Source: Candidatus Zixiibacteriota bacterium
GTDB lineage: Bacteria > Zixibacteria > MSB-5A5 > RBG-16-43-9
Reading direction: 5' to 3'
Assembly: GCA_022865345.1 (NCBI GenBank)
Contig: JALHSU010000134.1
Span: forward strand, 33,050-97,049
Length of the DNA stretch: 64,000 nt
The notes below the pieces were generated by a model. That model was not told where the DNA came from and searched no databases. It saw only the letters and a program-made list of their open reading frames with translations. A program made the position numbers and the translations under genes. Shown here piece by piece: positions 1 through 9,181 of the stretch. How positions within the stretch are numbered: position 1 is the first letter of the stretch; each line of letters begins with the position of its first letter.

Positions 1-74
1 GAGGTCTTCAGACCTCCAAGGAGGTGGGGGAGTGACAAAGATGGAAGGCTAAAGCCTTCCCCTACAAAAAAACT

Positions 75-141
75 GTAGGGGCGTATTGCTCTTCAGCTTC
101 GCTCAGAGCAGTGAGCCTGTCGAACTGCAATACGTCCCTAC
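75..141. repeat. 67-bp palindromic REP/MITE-like element with 15-bp terminal inverted repeats gtaggggcgtattgc/gcaatacg(c)ccctac
   Basis: ~90% identical in reverse orientation to 44077-44143; preceded by related hairpins at 1-17 (gaggtcttcagacctcc) and 34-56 (ggaaggctaaagccttcc cctac). Confidence 0.8.
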
Positions 142-148
142 CAAAAAC

Positions 149-3127
149 TTACCTCAGCAAAACCATCTTCTTAGTCGCTGTGTATTCCTCAGTTTTTAAC
201 TGGTAGAAATAGATCCCGCTTCCTACCTCTTTGCCAGAATTGTCCTTACCATCCCAGATGATCTTATAGCTCCCCGCTGCTTTCTCCTCATCCACCAGAG
301 TCCTCACCAACTGCCCCAGGATGTTGTATATCTTCAGGGTGGCGTGGATGGGTCCCTTGAACGTTGAACCTTGAACCTTTAAACTGAAGGGCAGGGTAGT
401 GGTGGGGTTAAACGGATTGGGGTAGTTCTGCGCAAGCATATATCTTTCAGGAAGGCTCACATTGGGATGGTCTTCGACTCCTAACGGCTCCCCGAAATCC
501 TGCATCAATGACCTTACCATTTCCTTTGCACCAGGTGCCTCCAGATAATATAAGGGCAACCCAAAAAAAGCTAATTTGTAATCAGTCCCATCATACTTCA
601 AACCGCATACCTTCCCCTCATAAGCCGGGTTATCCGAATAGGAATCAAAATAATATAATGGCTGGGCTCCAGGTCTTAGATTGAATATATTCACATACTT
701 TAACCGACCTTGCCAGTCGCTTATATATTTTAAAGTGTCTGATTTAATGTCCAGATAAAATATAGTGTCATAAGGAAAAGCTCCGGCAAAATCGTTTACA
801 GGGTTCTCATTTGCCCAGCTTATGTGCAGATAATCATACACAAAACTACCCGCAGAAAATGTCTTAGGTAGAGTGCCGGCGAACCTTCTTAATCCAGTCC
901 AGCTAAATAAGATAAACCTGCCTCCATACCCCAAATACTCCTTTATCAGGTTATCATCTTTATCCGTTACAAAATTGAAGATCTGAAAATCATCATCCAG
1001 CCATACCACTGTCGAATAAGGGCCCAAGTCGATGATCGAGGGCTGGGTGGAGATATCGGTATATTCATAAAAACTCACCTGATACCCGGAAAATAGCTCC
1101 GAATACAAACTATCCTGCTGAAAATCACTGGAGGGCATAGGAGGGTTTCCCATACTGTTGCCAGTCTCATCTATTACCAGAACACCCTGATCCAAGGTTA
1201 TGGCGATCATCCTCGCCTCCTGGGAAAAACTGCTCTCATTCCCCAGGGTATCCACTGCGGTTATGCAATAATAATACCAGATCCCTCCCTGGAGTGCGCT
1301 ATCCTGATAGGAAAAACCTTTTATCCCGGTGGCGATACTGTCAAAACCTGAGCCAGAGCTAAGGCTGCGATAAACCTTATAATATGCAAGGTCTGCCTCC
1401 TGATTAGACTGCCAGGATAAGTTTATCTTGAAATAGCCAGTCTGGGCAGTAAGGCCTGAAGGCGCCAGGGGAATTGAACGCGGCGTGCCTATGATCTCTA
1501 TTTTGTAAAAACTTTCCTTGCCTAAATTATTCACCGCGGCAACAGCCATATAATAAGGCACCCCGGTTTGAAGATTTCGCAATGTATCTGAGTGGACAGT
1601 TGGAGCAACAAAGTGGGTATCAGTATAAACCCCGCTCTGGGTGCCAGAATATACCTTGTATCCAACCAGATTATTCTCCTGTAAAGGAGCCCAGTTCAAA
1701 TAAAGCTTCTCCCCGTCTCCGGCATCCATTACCTGCAAGTTCTCAACTGGACCAGGAGACTCTGCTACCTCAATTAGAGTAGCCAGGTTCATCCTGACGA
1801 TCTGGCTCATATAAGGGATATTCATATTAGTTACAGAATCAGTAATTAGGTGCCAGTTGTCGCTGAAGATGCGTTCAGCACTGTATATGATGTTATATCC
1901 AACTTGAGAAAAGGGCCAGCTATCACTTCCAGAAGAATTCCCCAGGATGTGAGGAGTAAGGTTGGTATATGTGCCTGCCATTTGGACTAAAAGCAGAGCA
2001 TAAGGCAAAGAAGGTGGATAGGTATGGATATTCATTTCAGTTGAGTTGGGCCAGTGAGCTATCATATCAAAATTAATCATTAACTGAATATCCTTTCCCT
2101 GAGAAGCTGCATCGTAGGCATAAGCTGAGCTTCCCAGAAGTCCAACCTCCTCCGCTGCAAAAGGCATAAAGATCACCGTCTTGGAGAGGGGGTGATGGGC
2201 CAATATCCTAGCTATCTCTAAAGTAGCCGCAGTTCCACTGCCATTATCATCTGCTCCTGGTGCTGGATCATTAAAATTCCACATGCCCCAGTTCACAGAA
2301 TCGTAGTGTCCGCCTACTACAATAACTTTATCCGGTGCAGCGGTCCCAGGTATGACCGCCACCACATTAGAATCCTGCATCCAGTTTCCTCTGATATAGC
2401 CATCCCACGCAGTAAAAGGATAAAAATAAACGCTGTCGATCCCGAACTCTTTGAACTTGCTGTAGAGCCAGTGCCTTGCTTTTACAATCGAATCAGAATA
2501 AACAAATCTGGTGTCATAAGCCTGCAGTTTTAATAGATAAGAGGTTATAGAATCTACTGAGACCTGGTCAACCAGGGTGTCTCTTTCAGGAGAAAAGGAT
2601 AAGGCTGGAATGGCAAGCGAAGGAGGAGGGGTATATTTTAAAGGAATAACCTGTGGAGTAATCCTGGTCAGGCGATACCCGGCATTAAGAAGCTCCAGAG
2701 CTTTGTTCTGATCAGTTTTCAGTAAGGTTAAATCATCCTCATCTAATAAAACCTGCCCGTAATCTGAAAGATTTGCTTTCGCTCTAAAAAAAGTCTTTGA
2801 AACCAGAAAATAATCCTGAGTAAAGGGGGTCTCATCTATAATCTGGTAAGGAATTTTAGCAACCTCTAATTTTTCGATCTTATCTTTCTCGATTTCACCC
2901 AGATAAGCTTTATCCAGTCTTACATAGGCTTTCAGCCCAACTTCAGCTGCTAACTGGTAATCCTTTGCAGTCTTTAGTTCGATCCTAATCAGAACCGACC
3001 CTGAAGCCAAAGACAGGTTAAGAAAAAGGATAGTCAAGAAAGCCCCTAAGCCACCAAGCCAAACCTTTCTCCAGAACATAAGTCTCCTCTTGTTAAGTTT
3101 GAGAAAAAAAGCTTCTATTTTCACCAC
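149..3127 (-). CDS. M28-family zinc aminopeptidase with fibronectin-III-like repeats and a T9SS C-terminal sorting domain
   Basis: M28 Zn-binding signature HYDS...DDNGSGTA...EE; FN3-like central repeats; C-terminus NYPNPFNPTT...GIYFYQL matches the T9SS/Por CTD pattern; N-terminal signal/TM. Confidence 0.75.
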   Translation of the reverse strand: MVKIEAFFLKLNKRRLMFWRKVWLGGLGAFLTILFLNLSLASGSVLIRIELKTAKDYQLAAEVGLKAYVRLDKAYLGEIEKDKIEKLEVAKIPYQIIDETPFTQDYFLVSKTFFRAKANLSDYGQVLLDEDDLTLLKTDQNKALELLNAGYRLTRITPQVIPLKYTPPPSLAIPALSFSPERDTLVDQVSVDSITSYLLKLQAYDTRFVYSDSIVKARHWLYSKFKEFGIDSVYFYPFTAWDGYIRGNWMQDSNVVAVIPGTAAPDKVIVVGGHYDSVNWGMWNFNDPAPGADDNGSGTAATLEIARILAHHPLSKTVIFMPFAAEEVGLLGSSAYAYDAASQGKDIQLMINFDMIAHWPNSTEMNIHTYPPSLPYALLLVQMAGTYTNLTPHILGNSSGSDSWPFSQVGYNIIYSAERIFSDNWHLITDSVTNMNIPYMSQIVRMNLATLIEVAESPGPVENLQVMDAGDGEKLYLNWAPLQENNLVGYKVYSGTQSGVYTDTHFVAPTVHSDTLRNLQTGVPYYMAVAAVNNLGKESFYKIEIIGTPRSIPLAPSGLTAQTGYFKINLSWQSNQEADLAYYKVYRSLSSGSGFDSIATGIKGFSYQDSALQGGIWYYYCITAVDTLGNESSFSQEARMIAITLDQGVLVIDETGNSMGNPPMPSSDFQQDSLYSELFSGYQVSFYEYTDISTQPSIIDLGPYSTVVWLDDDFQIFNFVTDKDDNLIKEYLGYGGRFILFSWTGLRRFAGTLPKTFSAGSFVYDYLHISWANENPVNDFAGAFPYDTIFYLDIKSDTLKYISDWQGRLKYVNIFNLRPGAQPLYYFDSYSDNPAYEGKVCGLKYDGTDYKLAFFGLPLYYLEAPGAKEMVRSLMQDFGEPLGVEDHPNVSLPERYMLAQNYPNPFNPTTTLPFSLKVQGSTFKGPIHATLKIYNILGQLVRTLVDEEKAAGSYKIIWDGKDNSGKEVGSGIYFYQLKTEEYTATKKMVLLR

Positions 3128-3374
3128 AATTTAAGAAGAAATCGGGTAATGTCAATAGGACAAATTCTATTTAAGTTATACTTGAATGTAACCTCTAAGG
3201 TTGCATAATTTTTTGCTCCGTCATACAGGAGTTCCACGATCTCTTCAATATCAGAATACCTATGTTGCCCCAATGCGGGTATCTAATCCCGCTCCTACGG
3301 ATCCATTAATAGGATTTGAGGGCAAGGCGGAATTACCGATTTTTTTGTTCCGCCAAAGGCAGAGCCTAAAATCT

Positions 3375-3806
3375 CTATTCTAAACTTTTCTCTAAAACCA
3401 TTCGCATTTCTTCAGTGACTTTAAAAAACCTTCCTTTCCCAGCAGCGACTATTTCCCCTTTCGAGTTGCTGACTGTCCCTTCGGCTGTGAATATTTTCTT
3501 TTGTTCTCCAGTGATCTTCCCTTCCAGAAACAACTTCTCACCAATTTTCACCGGCTTGATGAATTTGACCTGGATTTCAGCGGTGACTACTAAAATACCC
3601 CTCGCAATCACGGCTTTAATCATCACCTCATCTAAAAGAGCAGAGATGATCCCGCCATGCAATATATCCTTATATCCTTGAAATTTTTCCCCAGCCACAT
3701 ATTCAGCTCTGGCTATGCCTTTATCATAAAAAAAATCAACTTTCAAACCATAATCATTCAGATTACCGCAGACAAAACAGTTCGAATATCTTCTTATCAA
3801 TTCCAT
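3375..3806 (-). CDS. PaaI-family hotdog-fold thioesterase
   Basis: 143 aa; GGIISALLDE hotdog motif; CxxCG N-terminus typical of PaaI-like proteins. Confidence 0.6.
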   Translation of the reverse strand: MELIRRYSNCFVCGNLNDYGLKVDFFYDKGIARAEYVAGEKFQGYKDILHGGIISALLDEVMIKAVIARGILVVTAEIQVKFIKPVKIGEKLFLEGKITGEQKKIFTAEGTVSNSKGEIVAAGKGRFFKVTEEMRMVLEKSLE

Positions 3807-3904
3807 CTTTTCGCCTCTGACTTCTTAAATAAAAATGGTGGTTATCATTTTACTCTGAAAACCACCATTCTTAGTATGATTTAACTCTTCACCGATTACT
3901 TAGG

Positions 3905-4657
3905 TTATTTGGGTATTTTGGGAAGCTCTTTCTTCAAAGTATCAATAGCTGGTGCCTGTTCCATCTTCTCTGTGCCGGGTATAACTAATTTCTCAGGCTC
4001 TTCGGTTATTGCGGACTTGGCATCTTTGCCGAATTTCTGAATTTCCATACTCACCCCCTGGGTAACCGATTTAGCCAGTCCAAAAAATGGAACTTCCTTA
4101 GCCTGCCAGACGTCTGATGCTTCTTTATTTTCTGATACATATTGCATGTGAAAACATTCTAAAATTCCCGCAGGGGTTTGCATCTTCTCAATGCCCAGAT
4201 TTTTGACCTCTCCTTCTTTTTTGATCTTCTCTTCTTTCTTCATCGGGGCATTTATCATCCGCATCATCTCTTCTGGAAGCTCCATCGCCTTATCCTTATT
4301 GTGCTTGAAGATCATCCGGTTTATGGTGCCCTCTTTTTGAGGGTCTCCAGAGATCAGCATCTTGACGATGTCGATATTCCCGGTTTTGGGATCAGTGGTC
4401 TGGTATTCATACCAGTAAAGCTCTTTACCGTCTGGAGTCTTTTCTTTCCCGACTATGGACATCCTGACGATAGTCTCCACCTTTTCAGAGGGATAGGTCA
4501 TTTTATACTCGGCATAGCTTCCTACCTGCGGCATCTTGAACTCGCCGAACATCCTGGGCATGTTGCCGGGACCAGGAATTCCTGGCATCTGGGCACTGGC
4601 TATCTGGACAAGAAAGAAGAACAGGCAGAGCCAGAGTAAAGATTTTTTGTTGAACAT
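3905..4657 (-). CDS. secreted hypothetical protein
   Basis: N-terminal signal peptide MFNKKSLLWLCLFFFLVQIASAQ; K/E-rich; no recognisable catalytic motif. Confidence 0.5.
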   Translation of the reverse strand: MFNKKSLLWLCLFFFLVQIASAQMPGIPGPGNMPRMFGEFKMPQVGSYAEYKMTYPSEKVETIVRMSIVGKEKTPDGKELYWYEYQTTDPKTGNIDIVKMLISGDPQKEGTINRMIFKHNKDKAMELPEEMMRMINAPMKKEEKIKKEGEVKNLGIEKMQTPAGILECFHMQYVSENKEASDVWQAKEVPFFGLAKSVTQGVSMEIQKFGKDAKSAITEEPEKLVIPGTEKMEQAPAIDTLKKELPKIPK

Positions 4658-4868
4658 AGAACCTCCTTTGTGTTTAGCGATTCGCGGTTCGCTATTCGAC
4701 TTTTGACTTTGGATTATTCGCTCTTCGTTGGTGTTCTCACCAACGAAGACAGGAGGTTGGACTTTAGATCAACCTCCAATTGGCTATACTCAATAAATTG
4801 AGCAACTACACTTTTTGTTCCTTTCCATCGGTTTGAGTTTTGGGTCTTTTGACTTTAGACTATAGACT

Positions 4869-5819
4869 TTAGCCTTTAGACTTCTTTAGTAGCTCGACGA
4901 TAATCCCCTTCTGGATATGAAGTCTGTTCTCCGCCTGGTCAAAGACCACAGAATTTTTCCCGTCCATCGCCTCATCTGTTATTTCCTCGCCCCGGTGAGC
5001 AGGCAGGCAGTGCATCACCAGACAATCCTTCTTGGCGTACCCGATAAGCTGAGAGTTCACCTGAAATCTTCGCAGCAGCCTGGCTTTTGACTCATAAAGA
5101 TCCTCCTGCCCCATGCTTGCCCAGACGTCAGTATAGATAACGTCTGCATTTTCCACTGCCTCGATTGGATAGTTGGTAAGCTTTATCTTGCTCATCCGGG
5201 ATTTCTGCGCTCTCTCCAGAACCTTTTTATCCGGCATTGTTTCTGGTGAGGTACCAATGCGCAAATCCAGAGGAATCAGGGAAGCTGCATCCAGAAAAGA
5301 GTTGCACACGTTATTGCCATCCCCAACATAGGCGATGGAAACATTTTCGATTCTTTTCTTCTTTTCGAAAATGGTAAAAAGGTCTCCTAAAATCTGACAG
5401 GGATGGTAAAGGTCAGTCAGGGCATTAATCACTGGGACCCTGGAGAATTTGGCTAATTCCTCGACTCCGGAATGTTCAAAAGTGCGAATGACGATAAGAT
5501 CAATCATCCGGGATAAAACCTCTGCACCGTCATAATACCATTCCCTTTTTTCCGGATCGTCTTTTTTGCCCAATTTGAATTCGTTCCCGGTAATGTAAAG
5601 AGACCTGCCTCCTAACTGCTGGATTCCCACCTCGAAACTAATCCTGGTTCTCAAAGAGGGTTTGTGGAATATGCAGACCGCAGCTTTGTTCTTAAGGGGC
5701 AGGGGTTTAATTTTCCCCTTTTTCATATCCGCAGTCAGTTTGAAGACCTCTTTGACCTCTTTATAGGAAAAATCTGAAACCGCCAAAAAATCTCTTTTCA
5801 TATCATCTCCTCTTCTCAA
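4869..5819 (-). CDS. argF: ornithine carbamoyltransferase
   Basis: SLRTR carbamoyl-phosphate motif, HPCQ, DVWASMG and HCLP motifs of the OTCase family. Confidence 0.8.
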   Translation of the reverse strand: MRRGDDMKRDFLAVSDFSYKEVKEVFKLTADMKKGKIKPLPLKNKAAVCIFHKPSLRTRISFEVGIQQLGGRSLYITGNEFKLGKKDDPEKREWYYDGAEVLSRMIDLIVIRTFEHSGVEELAKFSRVPVINALTDLYHPCQILGDLFTIFEKKKRIENVSIAYVGDGNNVCNSFLDAASLIPLDLRIGTSPETMPDKKVLERAQKSRMSKIKLTNYPIEAVENADVIYTDVWASMGQEDLYESKARLLRRFQVNSQLIGYAKKDCLVMHCLPAHRGEEITDEAMDGKNSVVFDQAENRLHIQKGIIVELLKKSKG

Positions 5820-6008
5820 TGAATTGTCTATAAATTTAAAGGCGAATTCCCTTAAGTCAAGGAAAATAAAAGCTGATATTCCCTGTCCTTTTAGGAGAGG
5901 GTCAGGGTGAGGTCCTCCAGTAGCGTGGGGTTTAAGCCCGACGGGAAAAAGATACGCTTAAAGGTATTAGGACAGAACGATGTTCTGTCCCTACGAAAAC
6001 AAAAACAT

Positions 6009-6030
6009 CCGGGATAAACCCGGACGCTAC
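6009..6030 (-). terminator. terminator-like hairpin (ccgggtttatcccgg) followed by a U-rich tract, read on the minus strand downstream of hslU
   Basis: Stem-loop then atgtttttgtttt on the minus strand, ~100 nt below the hslU stop; also sits inside a GTAGCG/CGCTAC REP-like context. Confidence 0.3.
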
Positions 6031-6127
6031 GAACTTCACGCTCACGATAAACGGATAACGATCACTTTTTTTCCCTTGAACCGTTAAACCTTTGAACTTT
6101 TGAACAGGGAAAAAAGGAGGGGAAGGG

Positions 6128-7513
6128 TTAAAGTATATATCTGCTTAAATCCTTATCTTCGACGATAGATTTTAAAGTGTCCTCCACCATCTTCTTTGTC
6201 ACCACAATCTTCTCCATTTTCGTCTCCGGTATCCTGAACATTATATCCTCTAAGAGAGTGGTCATCACAGTATGCAGTCTCCTGGCACCGATGTTTTCAG
6301 TCCGCTCGTTTACTAAATTGGCGATATGTGCGATCTCCTCGATCGCCTCTTTCTCGAATTCTATCTCCACCCCCTCTGTGGCTAAAAGGGCGGTATACTG
6401 CTTGATCAAAGAGTTTCTTGGCTCAGTCAAAATCCTCACGAAATCTTTAGTGCTGAGGCTGTCTAACTCCACTCTGATCGGGAACCTGCCTTGCAGCTCA
6501 GGGATCAAATCTGAAGGTTTGTAAGTGTGAAAAGCTCCGGCTGCTATGAAAAGTATGTGGTCGGTTTTGACCATCCCATACTTGGTCATCACATTTGTCC
6601 CTTCCACAATCGGGAGCAAATCTCTTTGAACCCCCTCGCGTGAGACGTCCGGACCTGCGCCTTTGACCTTCTCCCCTACAATCTTATCAATCTCATCCAC
6701 AAAAATTATCCCGGAGTTCTCTACCCTTTCCAAGGCAGTGGAGATGATCTCTTCCATATCCACTAACCTGCCCACCTCTTCCTGGGTAAGAATTTTCTGC
6801 GCCTCACCCACACTTACTTTCCTCTTTTTAGTCTTCTTGGGAATCATTCCGGAGAACATCTCCTGGAAATTGAAACCTAACTCCTCGATCCCGGCAGGAG
6901 TGAAAATCTCCACGGTGGGAAACCTGTCCTCTGGCAATTCGATTTCGATATGCCTCTGGTCTAATTTCCCCTGTTTTAATTTTTCTCTTAACTTCTCTCT
7001 GGTTTTCTTTCCTTTCTCCTCTAATTCTTTACTCGGTGCCGGCAGACTCTCTTTGCCGGCGTTTTTTCTTCTTAAGGTAACTGGCAAAAGCAGGTTTAAA
7101 ATCTTCTCCTCAGCTAACTCGGATGCCCTCTGGCTCACCTCAAGCGATTTCTCCCTTTTAACCATATTCACTGCCAGATCAATCAGATCTCGCACCATCG
7201 ACTCGACATCACGACCTACGTAACCCACTTCAGTGAACTTAGAGGCTTCCACTTTAACAAAAGGGGCACTGGCCAAATTTGCCAGCCTTCTGGCTATCTC
7301 GGTCTTTCCCACTCCGGTTGGACCGATCATTATGATATTATTGGGCATTATCTCATCTTTTAACTCACCTTCCACCTGCTGCCTTCTCCACCTGTTCCGA
7401 AGGGCGATCCCCACAGATTTTTTGGCTTTATCCTGCCCGATTATATACTTATCCAGTTCCTCAACGATCTGATTAGGTGTAAGCTCTTTCATCTTCATTT
7501 GCTCCTGAATCAC
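6128..7513 (-). CDS. hslU: ATP-dependent protease ATPase subunit HslU
   Basis: Walker [16 protein letters not shown]; ClpX/HslU AAA+ architecture; adjacent to hslV. Confidence 0.9.
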   Translation of the reverse strand: MIQEQMKMKELTPNQIVEELDKYIIGQDKAKKSVGIALRNRWRRQQVEGELKDEIMPNNIIMIGPTGVGKTEIARRLANLASAPFVKVEASKFTEVGYVGRDVESMVRDLIDLAVNMVKREKSLEVSQRASELAEEKILNLLLPVTLRRKNAGKESLPAPSKELEEKGKKTREKLREKLKQGKLDQRHIEIELPEDRFPTVEIFTPAGIEELGFNFQEMFSGMIPKKTKKRKVSVGEAQKILTQEEVGRLVDMEEIISTALERVENSGIIFVDEIDKIVGEKVKGAGPDVSREGVQRDLLPIVEGTNVMTKYGMVKTDHILFIAAGAFHTYKPSDLIPELQGRFPIRVELDSLSTKDFVRILTEPRNSLIKQYTALLATEGVEIEFEKEAIEEIAHIANLVNERTENIGARRLHTVMTTLLEDIMFRIPETKMEKIVVTKKMVEDTLKSIVEDKDLSRYIL

Positions 7514-7545
7514 TCTTTAGAGATTCATGACTTAGAGGTTTTCGA

Positions 7546-7633
7546 ACTGTAGCGTTGCCACTCCTGTGGCAACGAACATTCATGTGTCTGAGAGCAAAAC
7601 TCGTCCTCACGGGAGTGAGGACGCTACACTTAT
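7546..7633. repeat. double-hairpin REP-like element bounded by GTAGCG...CGCTAC
   Basis: gtagcgttgccactcctgtggcaacg ... cgtcctcacgggagtgaggacgctac in the hslV-hslU gap. Confidence 0.65.
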
Positions 7634-7680
7634 CCCTGATTAACCCAAAGGTTTACACTCCACAATCTACTTAAACCTCT

Positions 7681-8226
7681 TTATAATTCCTCTATTATTA
7701 TCTTATCATTGGTGAAAATGCATATCGAGGAAGCTATCTCCAGAGATTTCTGAACTATCCCTCTGGCATCCAGGTCTGAAAACTCCACTAACGCCCTGGC
7801 TGCAGCCAAAGCATAAGGGCCACCTGAGCCGATAGCCACGATATTATCGTCCGGTTCGATCACGTCCCCGTTCCCGGAGATTACCAGGGCATGCTCCTTA
7901 TCCAGAACCGCTATGAGCGCTTCCAGCCTTCTTAAGTACTTATCCATCCTCCATTCTTTTGCCAGCTCCACTGCTGCCCGGTTAAGGTTGCCGTGAAATT
8001 CCTCGATTTTCGATTCGAACCGGTCAAACAGGGCAAAGGCATCTGCAGAAGCTCCGGCGAAACCGGCTAATATAGTGTCATTATAGAGCCGTCTGAGTTT
8101 CCTGGCGTTCTGCTTGATGATGGTGTTCTCAAAGCTGACCTGCCCATCACCCCCTATAGCCACCTTCCCCTTATGCCTGATCCCCAGAATAGTCGTCCCG
8201 TAAATTTTTTGATTCGATTCAATCAT
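7681..8226 (-). CDS. hslV: ATP-dependent protease subunit HslV
   Basis: N-terminal [10 protein letters not shown] threonine-protease signature. Confidence 0.9.
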   Translation of the reverse strand: MIESNQKIYGTTILGIRHKGKVAIGGDGQVSFENTIIKQNARKLRRLYNDTILAGFAGASADAFALFDRFESKIEEFHGNLNRAAVELAKEWRMDKYLRRLEALIAVLDKEHALVISGNGDVIEPDDNIVAIGSGGPYALAAARALVEFSDLDARGIVQKSLEIASSICIFTNDKIIIEEL

Positions 8227-8247
8227 GTGTCACCTTTATTCTTTGCT

Positions 8248-9168
8248 TCAGCCTTTATATCCCGATCTCGGATGGGCTTTTCTATAAACTTTTTTCACTC
8301 TTTCCAGAGAAACGTGAGTATAAATCTGGGTAGTGGAGAGCTTTTTATGTCCTAACATCTCTTTGACTGCCAGAAGGTTTGCTCCTTCGTCCAGAAGATG
8401 CGTGGCAAAACTGTGCCTCAAAACGTGAGGACTAAATTTTTTTTCCTCGATTACCTTTGCCCCGATTTTTTTCACCACCCTGGCTATCCCCCTGCGACCA
8501 AGCTTCTCTCCATACTTATTTGAGAAAATAAAATCATCTTTGGAATTCTTTGAGTCCAGATATCCAGTAAGGATTTTAGCCGCGTTCGCGCCAATCGGGA
8601 CAATTCTTTCTTTATTCCCTTTTCCCAGGACTTTTATTTCGCCAGCTTGGAAATCTATATCTCCTCTCTTAAGGGAAGATATCTCAGCCAGTCTTAGACC
8701 TGTATTGTACAGAAGTTCCAGAATCGCCCTGTCCCTCAATCCTTCTTTTTCCTTCTGATATAAGGAAGGCTCGAGCAGAGACTTGACCTGTGGCCAGCTT
8801 AGCGCCCGAGGAAGCCTCTTTTTCCTTTTGGGGGCTTCCAGGCTTGAAGCTGGATTAGTTTTGACCTTCAGCTTCCTTTGCAGATACTTGAAAAAAGACC
8901 TTAAAGTTGAGAGTTTCCGCTGGATCGAAGCAGGATCAAAACCCTTCTGGCTTAGATAGATTAAATAATTCTTTATGTCTTTCCTCCGGATTGAGTCTGG
9001 GGTGATTTTTTCCTTTTGCTTAGACTTCAGAAAATCTGAAAAGGAAAACAAATCTTTCTTATAAGCATCAAAGGTATGAACGGAGTAATTTTTCTCAGAT
9101 TGAATGTAAGAAAGATAATCCTGAATGCTGCTCTTCAGCTCTTCTTCTGCATATTCAGATCCGGACAT
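8248..9168 (-). CDS. xerC: tyrosine site-specific recombinase XerC/XerD family
   Basis: C-terminal catalytic R...HxxR...Y block (HVLRHSFATHLL...GH...TQIYTH); the topA-xerC-hslVU arrangement is conserved, as in the Bacillus codV-clpQY region. Confidence 0.8.
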   Translation of the reverse strand: MSGSEYAEEELKSSIQDYLSYIQSEKNYSVHTFDAYKKDLFSFSDFLKSKQKEKITPDSIRRKDIKNYLIYLSQKGFDPASIQRKLSTLRSFFKYLQRKLKVKTNPASSLEAPKRKKRLPRALSWPQVKSLLEPSLYQKEKEGLRDRAILELLYNTGLRLAEISSLKRGDIDFQAGEIKVLGKGNKERIVPIGANAAKILTGYLDSKNSKDDFIFSNKYGEKLGRRGIARVVKKIGAKVIEEKKFSPHVLRHSFATHLLDEGANLLAVKEMLGHKKLSTTQIYTHVSLERVKKVYRKAHPRSGYKG

Positions 9169-9181
9169 AAAAACTCACCTT

